Of a stretch of 64,000 nucleotides of DNA, positions 24,207 to 37,206 are shown piece after piece. Positions within the stretch are counted from its first letter, which is position 1; each line of letters opens with the position of its first letter. Where the stretch lies: contig PS015289.1 in NCBI GenBank assembly GCA_048213135.1, positions 17,499-81,498 on the forward strand, in the 5' to 3' direction. The stretch comes from Reclinomonas americana ATCC 50394. Taxonomy: Eukaryota. The notes below the pieces were generated by a model, which had not been told where the DNA came from, did no database searches, and saw only the letters and a program-made list of their open reading frames with translations. The position numbers were made by a program, and so were the translations under genes.

Positions 24207-24452
24207 TGTGTGTGTGCACGAGAAATAGAGAGACAGAGAGCAAGTGATGCTTGAGAGTGCGAGTGTGAGCAAGTGAGTGACGTCGAGATCGAATGATGCA
24301 ATCAGTGTGCGTCACAATGTGCAGGAGTCACAGATGCAACTCTCTCTCTCTCTCTCTGAGTGGAGGTGAGACAGTGAGAGTGTGAGAGAGTGAGAGAGAG
24401 AGAGTGCGAGAGTGTGTGATTTTTCCGATTGCTGATTCGCTCAACACTGAGA

Positions 24453-24492
<40 letters not shown>

Positions 24493-24646
24493 TCACACAC
24501 TCACCTCGCACTCTCTCACGCACAACAATGCAGCTTGCAAAACACACAAAAGTTATCGGACGTGTGCGATACAGGACACAAGATTTTCGCGCGCAAAACT
24601 CTACTCTGAGAGAGCTTTGTGTGAGAGAGTGTGTGAGAGAGATAAG

Positions 24647-24745
24647 ATGAGCAGTGCAGGAGTACTTGCGCAACTGCGACACTTGCTGGTGGAGCGCGGA
24701 TTGTCGGCATATGTGGTGCCTTCTGCAGATGCGCATTTGGTGAGT

Positions 24746-24793
<48 letters not shown>

Positions 24794-27700
24794 TGTGTGT
24801 GTGGAGTGAGTGAGTGAGTGAGTGAGTGAGTGAGTGAGTGAGTGAGTGAGTGAGGGTGTGAGTGAGTGAGTGAGTGAGGGAGTGAGTGAGTGAGAGAGTG
24901 AGTGAGGGAGGGAGGGAGTGTGTGTGAGTGTGAGTGAGTGAGTGAGTGAGTGTGTGTGTGAGTGAGTGTTAAAGTTGTTGTTTCGTTGTTTGAGGATATG
25001 TCTTGTTGTCTCACGCTGATTGATTGTTTCATTTTTTTCGCAGAGTGAATATGTGGCCAAGTGCGACGAACGACGCGCTTTTGTCTCTGGCTTCACAGGC
25101 AGCGCAGGTATCCATTCCACTCAATCAATAATTCATTCACAAAGGATCTCGGTTCTTCTTTTCTTGAACGACTTTATTGTCGTGTTTGTCACAGGCGTCA
25201 CTCGTTCCCTCTCTTCCTCCTGCACTCTTTCGTTCTGTCGTCGCCCAAGTCGTTGCTTTTGTTGCCTTCTCTGTTCCTCACTGAAACACTCACTCGCTCC
25301 TTCTCCTCTCCACTTATTGTCGCCTTTGTCAGGCGTCACTCGTTCCCTTTCTTCCTCTTGCACTCTTTCGTTCTATGGACGCCTAGGTTGTCGCCTTGAT
25401 TGCTTCAAGCGTCACCCATTCCCTTTCTTCCCTCCCTCCTCCATTCCTCACTGAAACACTCACTCGCTCCCTCTCCTCTCCACTTCCCATTCCTCACTCA
25501 TTCGTTTTTTTGAATGCCTTCATTGTCGCCTTTGTCAGGCGTCACTCGTTCCCTTTCTTCCTCCTGCACTCTTTCGTTCTGTGGATGCCTAAGTCGTTGC
25601 TTTAATTGCCTTTGGCGTCACCCATTCCCTTCCGTCCTCTAATCCTCACTGACGCACTCATGCGCTCCCTCTGCTCTCCACTTCCCATTCCTCACTCATT
25701 CGTTTTTTGAATGCGTTTGTTGTCGTGTTTGTCACAGGCGTCACTCGTTCCCTTTCTTCCTCCTGCACTCTTTCGTTCTGTGGACGCCTAAGTCGTTGCT
25801 TTTATGGCCTTATCCATTCCTCACTGAAGCACTCACTCGCTCCCTCTCCTCTCCATTTCCCATTCCTCTCTCCTTCGTTCTTTGAACGCCTCAGGCAGTC
25901 GTTGTCTTTACTGCTAGGTGTCACTCATTCCCCGTCTTCCTTCCATCGTCCAGTCCTCACTGAAGTATTCGCTCCCTCCCTCTCTTCTTCTCCACTTCCT
26001 CTAGCACTCCTCCCTGCCTTCCTCCCTCACTCGGTTGTTCTGGATCATCGCCTCAGTCGTCACATTACTTTTTGTCACTCATTTCCATCCTTCCTCNNNN
26101 NNNNNNNNNNNNNNNNNNNNNNNNNNNNNNNNNNNNNNNNNNNNNNNNNNNNNNNNNNNNNNNNNNNNNNNNNNNNNNNNNNNNNNNNNNNNNNNNNNNN
26201 NNNNNNNNNNNNNNNNNNNNNNNNNNNNNNNNNNNNNNNNNNNNNNNNNNNNNNNNNNNNNNNNNNNNNNNNNNNNNNNNNNNNNNNNNNNNNNNNNNNN
26301 NNNNNNNNNNNNNNNNNNNNNNNNNNNNNNNNNNNNNNNNNNNNNNNNNNNNNNNNNNNNNNNNNNNNNNNNNNNNNNNNNNNNNNNNNNNNNNNNNNNN
26401 NNNNNTCTTCTCCCCTCTTTCCCCTTTCGCAGGCGTCGCACTGATCACCCTCCACGACGCACTCTTGTGGACCGACGGGCGCTACTTCCTGCAAGCGGAG
26501 ACTGAGCTCGACGAGAACTGGAAGCTCATGCGCATGGGCGAAGATGAGACCATTCAGTTGCGCGTGCGCTCTCTTGTGCGACGGTGGTGCGAGTGTGACC
26601 TGATTCGTGTGCGTGCACAGGGAGTGGGTAGTGGCGCAGGCTCGCAAGGTATTGATATCGCCTTTTGTTGATTGTTGTGTCAACCCTTTCTGCTAAACGC
26701 CAACGTTGGCGTCAATTCTATCCCTTGATTACGATCACATGGAATTGTTGTTGTTTTCCTTTGCTCCTAACCTCTCCTGTCATTGCCGTTCTTCGTCACC
26801 CCTCACCTCTCCTTCTCCTTGATCACACAGCAATCCGGCAGCAGCTTTGTTCTCGGCCTGGACCCCACCACCGTCGCCTTTGAGTTGCATCACAACCCTC
26901 CTCTCCTCTGCTCCTCCTCCTTCCTCCCACTCACAACCCCCCTCCAGCGACATTCGCTCGTGGACCGAATACCTCACTCCCGTCGGCGGTGCCGTGTTGC
27001 CCGTGTCGGAGAACCTCGTCGACTTGGTGTGGGGTGACGCGCGCCCGCCCACACCGCACGGCGAGATCTTTGTGCACCCGCTGGAGCTGGCCGGCGAGTC
27101 ACACCTGGCCAAGATTGAGCGCGTGCGCGAAAAGATGGCCAAGGAACACGCGACTGTGTTTATCGTGGGAGCGCTGGACGAGGTGGCCTGTTGCGTGCCG
27201 GCGTCCACCACAAAGCACAAGCGCTCATTTGTCTCATCCATTCCGTTGCAGGGCTCTTCAACCTCCGCGGCTCAGATATTGAGTACAATCCAGTGTTGCG
27301 TTGCATTCACTTGTCCCAAAGAGAATGACTCGTTCTCTGGCATGCACTCTTCTCTCACCGACTTCTGTCTGCAACTGAATCTTGCTGTCTCTGATGTTGG
27401 AGTCGCTTGTCGTCTCTCGCTCGGGAGACACGTCTCTTTCTCCGTCACCTTCTCTCTCTCTCCTCGTTACATTCACTCTTAGCTCCCTGATTTGCTCTCT
27501 TTGCCAATCAACCCTTGATTCGATCTCTCCTTCTGTCCTTCGCTCTCTCGGACGCATCCGTGCCACAATCTCTCCCTGTACTCTGTGATTCGCTGTGTGT
27601 GCCAAACATTCCTTGACTCAATCTCTCTTCCCCTCATTGTCTGTTACGTTCCACCTTCTCTCCTTCGCGATCTCTCACGCAAGTGTGACGCCACGCAGCC

Positions 27701-28909
27701 CTCGACCCAACCACTCCTTCTCTCCCGCTCTCTTGCCATTTGCTGTTTCGCTGAACCCTGTCTATCCTTCACTTCTCACACAATTCGATTCGTTGCCCTC
27801 ACTGATTTGCTGTCTTTCCAAGCAGCCCTTGACTCAATCCCTCCTTCTCTTCTCTCTCTCTCTCTCTCTCGTCGACATGGACAGTTCGTTTCTCTCCTTT
27901 GTTCTCTCTCGCTCTCTCCTCCCCCTCCCCCCCCCCCCCCCTCCTTTCATTCCCTCCTCACCCGTCCCTCACCCCCTTCTTCTCCTCTCTTCCTGCAGCT
28001 TCCTGGCCTACTCCATCGTCACGCGCAGCGACGTCCGCCTGTACGTTGACGACAGCAGATTCGCCGCCAATGTGCGCGATCACCTCACCGACGCCGTCGC
28101 TGTGCGCCCCTACGCCTCCTTCTGGGACGATTTGAACACGCTGGCGGCCGACTCGAGCAACGTTGCGTTCCCCCGAATATTCTGCATTTTTGTTTCCACC
28201 ACTCATCCGTCTCGCCACAGCTCATTCTCCTGGCCTCTGCGTCGTGCAACGGTGCCATTTCGCTGGCCGTAGAGAATGCACGCGTCATTCAGCGACTCAG
28301 TCCCGTCAATTATATCAAGGCCATCAAGAACCCCGTTGAATTGGAGGGCATTCGACAGGCGCACATTCGCGATGCGGCGGCATTGGTAAGAACCCTTTCT
28401 CCGAAGCGAGGTTGAAGTTTCTTGCTCTCATCCGTCCCGCAGGTTCGCTTCTTGTGCTGGTTGGAGGAGCAAATCCACAACGGCGTGGAGCTGACAGAAA
28501 AGGATGCGGCGGATATGTGCGATGCCTTGCGATCGTTGAGTTGTGCGAGACACAAACCCCTTGTCTCTCTCTCTTCTCTCTGACTCTTTCCCTCGCAGTG
28601 AGCAACCGCTGTACGTGTCGCCAAGTTTCGCCACCATTCTCGGCAGCGGACCAAATGGCGCAGTGATCCACTACAAGCCGAACGCGGAGACTGCACGCAA
28701 GCTTACACCAACTGAAATGGTGTTGTGCGACTCGGGTGTGCAGTATCGGTGAGTGTGGTAACCCACAAGAACGATTCATTCACTATCAAACAAGTAACAG
28801 CTGTTTCACTCTCCTCGCACATTACTCCCCTCACCTCTTTCTCTCTCTCTCTCTTCTCTCTCTGTTGCTTCTCACCTTGTCGCCACAGACGCGCTTTCTA
28901 CTCCTCCTC

Positions 28910-28954
<45 letters not shown>

Positions 28955-30244
28955 GTTGCTTCTCACCTTGTGGCCACAGCGACGGCACCACGGACGTCAC
29001 TCGCACCATTCACCCCTCGGAACCCACCGCCTGGCAACGCGAGTGCTTCACGCGCGTTCTCAAGTCATTCCTCGCCCTCGGACGCGCCGTGTTCCCCGAC
29101 GGCACCACTGGCGTGCAGCTCGACACGCTGGCCCGCATGCACATGTGGTCTGGCGGCCTCGACTACAAGCACGGCACGGGTCATGGAGTGGGTGCGTTCC
29201 TGTGCGTGCACGAGGGACCGCACCTCATTGGCAAGCGGCGTTATCCGATTGAGATTGGCTTGTATCGTGGCATGACGGTTACCGATGGTAAGGAGGGGAA
29301 AGGGGAGAGGGGAGAGATGTGAGGAAAGTGGTAACGAAGAGATTAAGAAGGGAGAAAAGGAGATGTCGGCGAGTGGGGTCCCATGATGCCATCGTTTGCA
29401 TTCCAAGCCGAATCTTTCGGCTCTCCTTGATCTCACTCACTTGTTGTCTTCTATCGCTCTCTATCTCTGTCTGTGCCTTCAGATGCAGTCGTCTTGTCCT
29501 CGTTTGCTCGTTGCTCGTCGTGGCGGCGTTCTCCTTCAGTCTTCTTCTTCATTTTCTTCCTCGACTTCTTCTTCCTTTCTAGGCAACTTTGTGAGAATGA
29601 GAGGGCGAGGGACGGAAGAAGGAGCGGAGAGATAGATGAGAGAAAGAAGTTAGTCAAGGACATGTGTGAGTCTGAAGAGCAGCGAAGAGAGAGAGAGTCA
29701 AAGACTGTGCAGGGGTAAGACAGTGTGCAGGGAAGGGCGGGAGTGGATAGTGTCGGCAAGAGAGTGAGTCAGCATGTTGCTCTCACTCTTCTGTTACTCT
29801 CATGAACGAGTGAGGATTAGTTGAGTTAGGAGTGGAAGAGAAGTATCAAGGATAGTGCGGGCACAAACCGCATCTCCTCCCTTCTCTAATCTTCTCCCTT
29901 CCCGTACTTTGTCTATTCCCCTCGCAGAACCCGGCTACTACCACGACGGACACTTTGGCATCCGCATCGAAAACACGTGCCTGGTGGTGCCAGCCACGCA
30001 CCCCGGTCCCTCGGTCACTGGCGACTTTGAGGGCAATCACAATCGCTTCGACGGCATGTGCACGCTGGAGCACGCCACAGTGGTGCCGATTCAGCGCAAG
30101 CTGATGAACATGGAGATGCTGACGGGCGACGAGATCGCCTGGCTCAACGCCTATCACCGTCGCTGCTGGGAGTGTGTGTCGCCATTGTTGCAGGAGCATC
30201 CGCAGGCGTTGGAGTATCTGCGACGGGAGTGTGAGCCGCTGTGA
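24647..30244 (+). CDS. XPNPEP1: Xaa-Pro aminopeptidase (aminopeptidase P, cytosolic M24B type), 13 exons
   Basis: The spliced product contains [112 protein letters not shown] and TDEPGYYHDGHFGIRIEN. Confidence 0.95.
25170..25960. repeat. Intronic minisatellite in aminopeptidase P intron 2
   Basis: At least four copies of TTTGTC(AC)AGGCGTCACTCGTTCCCT...GCACTCTTTCGTTCT...CCTAAGTCGTTGC...CCTCACTGAA. Confidence 0.75.
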
Positions 30245-30802
30245 TGCGGGAGTGAAGGTACAGGGTGTGAGACTGAAGAAAGGGGCGAAGAGTGGATGTT
30301 GTGCCATCCTCTTCTGTCCATCGTCTCTCGCAATTGGCTGCTTCTTGGAGGTCTGCTGTTCTGGTAAGCTTTCACGCTTCCGTAGGAGCTCTGGAGTGCT
30401 TCGCAGCGCACTTCATGTTTCTTGTCTGTAGGGACGCAGCATCGACGGGATGTCTGCGCTGCGTCGCGACAGGCATGTGCTTGGTGAGAGGGGTGACCTT
30501 GACGGTTTTACTTTCGACATGTGTGTCGGAGTGTGGTTGCGCGTACTCGACTGGTATGTCGACCGAGAAAAGCAAAGGTTGTGCGGAGTCGGTGACCTTG
30601 CCAACTTCGACGGCACGTCTGCGTGGAACCCTTCGACCCTAGTGGAAAGCAAGGCCTCGATGGGTCAATTGACAATCACTGCTGATTCTCGTGCACATTC
30701 TCAGCTCTGCAGCTCTCACTGCCTCACTTCCCGCCACTTCCACTCGCCCCTTCCACCACCACTCGTCCTCCAAACACAGGACAAAGTGATTGAGGTCGGC
30801 CA

Positions 30803-31442
30803 ATGGGCCGACGACGCAAGCGCCCTCGCGCCTCTCCTCACACCGACAACGAACCCTCACAAAAGAGACGTGAGTGCCACACACACACTCTCTCCCCATC
30901 TCTCATCACCTCACACACACGCACACACAGCTCGCTCAACCACCACTCAGCATCGCCATCGCGCCTCGACCAAGAACACAGCACTGGCGCTCACCTGCGA
31001 TGAACTGTACACACTGGAGACTTACATAAGCCTACACAAGGGACTGAGCGCGACTCGGCATTCTCCGCCTTTGACAGACGCGCAGAGTGATGAGTATCGC
31101 GAGTTTCTGCGCAACACTCTGATCAGTCCTGTCGTTGTTGGTGTTGGTGCGGCGACTGCTCAGCGACGAGTTTTTTTGTATGAACCGCCGGCGGAGATGT
31201 CGCAGGATGAGCTGTTGGATCGTGTGCTGGAGCAGTTGTTTAGGGCGGTGAAGGGCGAGGGGTTTCCGGATAATGTTTTGGCCGATGGTTATGTGAAGGT
31301 GCGGGAGGGGAGGGTGAGGGAGAGGGAGAGGGAGGGAAAGGGGAAGGGAAGAGGGAGGGAAAAGAAAAGGGAAGAAGGCTTGACAGGCAACTCTCTTCGT
31401 TTCCAGTGTTCCAGGTCTCCGAAATGTTCTGTCTTTCGTCAC

Positions 31443-31502
<60 letters not shown>

Positions 31503-32040
31503 GTACGTCGTCGTCGTCTCGTACGTCGTCNNNNNNNNNNNNNNNNNNNNNNNNNNNNNNNNNNNNNNNNNNNNNNNNNNNNNNNNNNNNNNNNNNNNNN
31601 NNNNNNNNNNNNNNNNNNNNNNNNNNNNNNNNNNNNNNNNNNNNNNNNNNNNNNNNNNNNNNNNNNNNNNNNNNNNNNNNNNNNNNNNNNNNNNNNNNNN
31701 NNNNNNNNNNNNNNNNNNNNNNNNNNNNNNNNNNNNNNNNNNNNNNNNNNNNNNNNNNNNNNNNNNNNNNNNNNNNNNNNNNNNNNNNNNNNNNNNNNNN
31801 NNNNNNNNNNNNNNNNNNNNNNNNNNNNNNNNNNNNNNNNNNNNNNNNNNNNNNNNNNNNNNNNNNNNNNNNNNNNNNNNNNNNNNNNNNNNNNNNNNNN
31901 NNNNNNNNNNNNNNNNNNNNNNNNNNNNNNNNNNNNNNNNCGTCGTCGTCCGTACTGGTACGACGGTACGTACGGTACGGACGGTAACGTACGGTACGTA
32001 CGGAAACGTAACGTACGTACGTACGTACGTACGTACTCCT

Positions 32041-32082
<42 letters not shown>

Positions 32083-32088
32083 CTCCTT

Positions 32089-32135
<47 letters not shown>

Positions 32136-35100
32136 CGTTCCACTCCTGCTCTTTTGCGCATTCTGTCGCTCTCCTGAAACTCTGTACGTATCGTTCTCTC
32201 AAATTTTCTCCTCTCCATTCTCCTCACCCTCTTCCTTCTCCTCCCTCTCACCCTTCTCCCCCCTCCCCCCTTTCTCCCCCGCAGCCCAAGTTCGGCGTCG
32301 TCCACTCCGTCGGCCTGCTCAACGGCGTGCAGAGCCTCGCTCCCAACACCAACAGCAACCACCTGCGCAGTGCCGTGTGGCAGCGCCTCCTGCGCAACTG
32401 CGGCACCGAGTTCATGCGCTACCTGCTGTGCGAGCATCGCGTGTTTGTGCCAACCTCGGCGGCCACGCACGTGCAGGTCGCCGGTCCGGCTATTATCAAT
32501 CACCGATTCCGCGCCACCGCGACTGCTTCTGCTGCCGCCCCACCGCCACCACCACCCGCCGCCGCAGGCCCATCACAACTGCCAGTCCGAGCACCGAAAC
32601 GACAGGCCGCCGAACCCTTGCCCAGGCAACCGACGCCCGCCAAGCGGCGCCGTGTTGCAGAGCCGCTGGCCACCCTGAAGATCCCGCGGCATGTGTATCT
32701 GTACCGGAGAACATCACAGAAGCGGCCAGGACTGCCCACCGACCGTTGCGAAGAAGGTGGCTCTCTTTGCGCGCCACTCGCTGTTGCTCATTGATTCTTC
32801 CCGTCTGCAGACGTCTTGTACAAACTCGGCAAGTCGGGTAACGCCGGTCGCGATCTGGCGCTGCACATCATGCAAAACGGCAGCGACACCCCACTACCAC
32901 CGTCGGCAGAACCCAACCGCAACGCGCATTACGTGCCGAAGCGGCTGGTGGCCTTTGCGGAACTCTGTCACACCTTTCTCGCCCGTCATCACCGCTTCAA
33001 CCACTCGGCGATGTTGAATCTGCACGCGCCGTGCCACGGATCGCCGCGCGAATGGGACGAGGCGGCCACGGCGTCCAAGTCGGCCGGCTCAATCTTCGAC
33101 GCCGACATCAACACGCAGGAGAGTGCGGTGTCGCAGATCGCCGGTGACGGTGCTGAAGGTCGGTGCGGACATGCACATGTCGGTGATGCCGTGATTCACT
33201 TTTTCATGCATGTGCACAGCAAGTGACGACGTGCCCATGCCGCCGACTCCGCAAGTGGGCGGATCGTCCAGCGTGCTGTCGTTCGCCTCTCCGCCCTCGC
33301 ACGTGTTTCTCTACATTCGGTCCATGATCCGTAAGTGCGTACCACTGGAGGCGTGGGGAACCGAGGCCAATCAGCGCAAGTTCCTTTCAGATATCCTTTT
33401 TTGTGATACCTTCGCATCCCACCGTGTTTGTGCGTGCTGCGACCGATTCCTTGACCATGCGTGCCACCCGTCGACGACTTTATCAGGGGCAAGCGCTACG
33501 AGAACGTGTGTCTCGGCCATTTTCGCGACGGTATCAGCTGGAAGGCGATTCCGTGGATCAACGAATGCGGCGCCGACCATCTCACCAAGGAGACCATGCT
33601 GCTTCGCTTTCTCAAGTGGCTCGTGTTCGATGTGGTGCTGCAGCTCATGGCTGTCAATTTCTACTGCACGGAGACGGCGCCGCATGGTAGGCGTTCACCC
33701 CAGCAAATGTGCCACTGTTCTCTCTCGTGTTGCTCACCCTTCGTGCTCTACCCACAGGTCAGCGATTGATGTACTTTCGACAACCGATCTGGGATCGCCT
33801 GTCACGGCGTGCATTCCAAAAGCTGCACGATTCCGGCATGTTGCGCCAGATCAACACTGCAGAACGTACCGCTCTCACCGCGCGACGCAAGCTGGGCGAA
33901 GCCTCCTCCAAACTGCGCTTCGTCCCGAAAGAGGTCAGTCTTGAGTCGGTTGTGTCATTCATTCGCTTTCCCTCCCGCTCACGCGCGGCGCAGTCGGGTT
34001 TCCGTCCAATCTTCAACCTGTCGCGCAAGGTGGCTGTCGCCGGTCGCTTCCCCACTTCGGCGAATGCGCTGCTCCGAGACGCTCTGGCGGTGATCAGTCT
34101 GCACATGGAGAGCAATCCGCGCCTGATGGGTGCCGCCGTGTTCGACCGCAACGATTTTTTTCGGCTGTTTGCGCCGTTTGCCGTGCACCACCAGGAGCGC
34201 AGCGCACGCACGCAGACGCCGATGCCAGAGTTCTACGCCGTGTCCGTGGACGTGCGAGGCGCATTCGACTCGCTGCCGCACCCCTCACTCGCCACCGCCG
34301 TGCGAGCCACGTTTACCGAGTCGCTGTATCTGCTCGTCAAGTGTGCGGTGCTGTCGGGATCGACATCCAATTTGCGCACGCGCTTTCCGCTCATCGCCCG
34401 AAACATTCTGGCCGACGGCTACCCCGAGTTTCTCGAGCTGGCGCGTGATTGGCTCACCAAGAGGTTCTCGCCGGCGGTGTTTGTCGATAAGGTGGGGGTA
34501 GGGAAAGGTAGAAGGGGAAGGCAGAAAGGGAAGGTAAAAGGAAAGGGGGAAAAGAGTGAGAGGGAGTAGAAGGGGAAGGGTGCTGGGGAGCAAGCGAGAA
34601 TCATGTTGACTCGCTTGATCCCGCAATACTTCTCTCGGCATCCGCACTTCACATCAGTCATTTACCTCAGTCCCTCTTGTCTCAGTTTTGACTGTATCTC
34701 CTCTCTCTCTCTCTCGCTCTGTGTGTGTGTGTGTGTCTGCGTCGTGTAAATCCGGTATTCTTATCTTTCGGCCCTCTCGGTTCTTTCTGTTCCCGTCCCC
34801 TTGCTTTATGTGTTTGTTATCGATCTCTCACACAAGCCTCGTTTTCCGTAACCCTGGTCCTTCTCTCCATCTGTCTACTTGCAATGTCATTCTCCTTCAA
34901 TGCCATGATGGTCTTGACCTTCTCTCTCGCGTCAGTGCTCGTTTGATGTTACTCTGTCCAGTTTCTCCCGTTCTCTGCTTGCGATATTCTGTGTTTCTCT
35001 GAACAAGTGGGTTTGTTAAGCGCCCTCGTCCAGACTCTGCTCTCTCACATATCAGTGCCCCATTTCCTCAACCTGCCCCCTCTTTGCATTACTCGACTTG

Positions 35101-37151
35101 CATTCTGTGTTTCTTTTTGATAACGTCCTTGTCACTGTCGTCAGTGCCTCGTCTTTTGTGATTGTGTCTCTTCTCTCTCTTTCTGCACTTGCGATACCGG
35201 TGTCTTCTTTTCTTCTCTGGAAAGTGGCGTATGTTCAGTTTTGTTCTTGCCCAGACTCTTCTCTCTTTCTCTCTCTCACACACGCGCTCTCATTCTCTCC
35301 CTCTCCCTCTTCTGCCCGAACTTTATTCAGTCCACATTGTGTCCTCTTCTGCTCTCTTCTTTCGTGCACGTATATCACTCACTCGCACCCAGCACTTGCT
35401 CTCTCATCGCATCGCCGCACTCACCTATTCCCTTCCCCTTTTCTTCCCTTCCCCCTACGCCAGGTGCTCTACCACCTCTCCCCCCGCGAAGACATCCTCT
35501 CCCTCCTCGACGACCTCGTCCTCTCCAACCTCGTCAACTACGACGGCAGCGTGTCGCTGCAAGAGATCGGCATTCCGCAAGGCTCGGTGGTCTCGACGCA
35601 CCTGTGCAATTTGCTGTATGCGCAGCTGGAGCGCAAGTTTCTCGATTTTCTCTCGCTGCCCGACGACGGCGAGGATCCCGGTGCGAAGCCTCCTTCTCTC
35701 TGTCTCTCTCACACACATTCCCCGTGCAAGCTCACTCTCCTGCTTGCAGCATTCGTGGCTAGCAGTCACTGGCTGGCGGGCTCGACGCTGCTGGTACGCA
35801 TGACCGACGATTTCCTCCTCATTACATCGTCGCGCATCAAGGCCGAGCGATTCCTGCGAGTGATGGCGGGTGGCGTGCCCGAGTTCGGCGTGTCGGTGAA
35901 TCTCGACAAGACGCAGAGCAACTTTGAGTCGCCAACCGGTGGCACACGCACCAGTGGCAGTCGCTTCATTCGGTGGTGCGGCCTGTTGCTCGACACGGTG
36001 CAGCTGGAGCTTCTGTACGATTACTCGCGGTTGTACAGGAAACGTGAGTGTGTTGCTTGATGCAAAAGCGTTGCAATGGTGGCGTACTCATTTCTTTTCT
36101 GCGCGAAGATATGGGCAATACGATTTCCGTGGACGTGGCGCGCAACGCTGGTCGACAGCTGCAGGAGCGAGTGATATCGTTGCGCGCGGGGAGGGGGAAG
36201 GAGGGGGGGAGGGGGGAGAGGGGAGGGAGGGGGGAGAGGGGAGAGGGAGAGGGAAGAGGGAGAGGGAGAGGAAGAGGAAGAGGAAGAGGGAGAGAGGGGG
36301 AGGGAGAGGATGAGGGAAGAGTGAAGAGGCGAGGGAAAGGAGAAGGGGAGAATGATGAGAATAGGAGGAGGAGGGATGGCTGAGGAATAAGAGGGATATA
36401 GGCAGAGGGAGAGGGATGCACACGAAGTGGAGAAAGCATGAGAAGAGAACCAAAAAGGAGTGATTTCCTTTCGCTCATCTATTCTCGCAGTGTCATGGAG
36501 CAGCGCCTGCAGCCAGTGGTCCTCGATCCGGCGGTGCTCAGCGAGCGCACCATTGCCCGCAACATCTACTGCGTGATGAGCTGGACGGCCATGCGACTGC
36601 ACTTGGCGGTGCGCGACATGAGTGCACGCGCCGGCATTCGGCAGGAGTTTGTCATTCGTTGCGTTCCCGACGCTCGCTGATTCACTTGCAAGCATTGCAC
36701 TCACTCCAATGAACAGGAACGGCATTTGCACTGCTCAACGCCGCGCAACACCGCTGCTATCGCATCGGGCGTCGCGATGGCGATGGTGACGGTGGATTGC
36801 TGCGCTGCAAGGCGGCAGTGCAATGGTGCGCACAATTATGCAGCACACGTATTCTCCTTCGACTTGTCTCATTCCTATTGGTGTAGGATCGGCCTCACGG
36901 CATTCCTGCACGCTCTTCAGCGCAAGCAGTCGCGCTACCGCGACCTGCTGCCACGGCTTGCCAGCCTGCAGCACTTTATGTTCGCCAACATCCCCTCGCG
37001 CATGACCGCATGCTTGCTCCACGACGAGTGCCTCGGTTCGCTGCTGTGTCCACCCATTGCAGATCCTGCCGCGACTGGCGCGCGCCGCATCGCCATGCTG
37101 CAAGATGTGCCACAGCATCGGCAGGCGCCCCACTTGCTGGTCAAGTACTGA
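30803..37151 (+). CDS. TERT: Telomerase reverse transcriptase
   Basis: Probable start MGRRRKRPR at 30803 (intron 30870-30930). TEN domain: DNVLADGY, PNTNSNHLRSAVWQRLL...HVQVAGP. QFP: VPLEAWGTEANQRKFL. Motif T: NFYCTETAPHGQRLMYFRQPIW. Motifs 1/2: KLRFVPKE|SGFRPIFNL. Motif A: VSVDVRGAFDSL. Motif B': GIPQGSVVSTHLCNL. Motif C: LVRMTDDFLLI. Motif E: WCGLLLD. C-terminal extension: VQWIGLTAFLHALQRKQSRY. Confidence 0.95.
33391..33467 (+). other. U12-type (minor spliceosome) AT-AC intron in TERT, 77 nt
   Basis: 5' ATATCCTTT, branch site TTCCTTGAC at 33447-33455 and 3' CCAC. Its removal restores NQRKFLSAVDDFIRGKRYE. Confidence 0.9.
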
Positions 37152-37206
37152 CAGGATATAAAAAAAACACGGCGGCGCGGGCATTTACTGGAAGCGGCAC
37201 GGCACG

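Noticed and set aside
25108-25118. GTATCCATT donor resembling a U12 GT-AG site
   Set aside because: It mismatches the GTATCCTT consensus at +7, and no U12 branch motif is visible in the last 26 nt before the acceptor.
31500-32036. TACG/CGT-rich tracts flanking gaps (also ~40560-40640 and ~53500-53608) resembling a novel repeat
   Set aside because: They occur only between a long microsatellite and an N gap and follow the T-A-C-G cycle, which is typical of out-of-phase pyrosequencing read ends.
30450-32177. 575-aa ORF taken as the TERT N-terminus
   Set aside because: It reads through intron-like tracts and a gap. A start at 30803 with intron 30870-30930 gives a phase-consistent, basic N-terminus.
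33709-36060. Reverse transcriptase motifs taken as a retroelement
   Set aside because: The TEN, QFP, T and C-terminal extension motifs and many spliceosomal introns identify cellular TERT. No LTRs, endonuclease or target-site duplications are seen.
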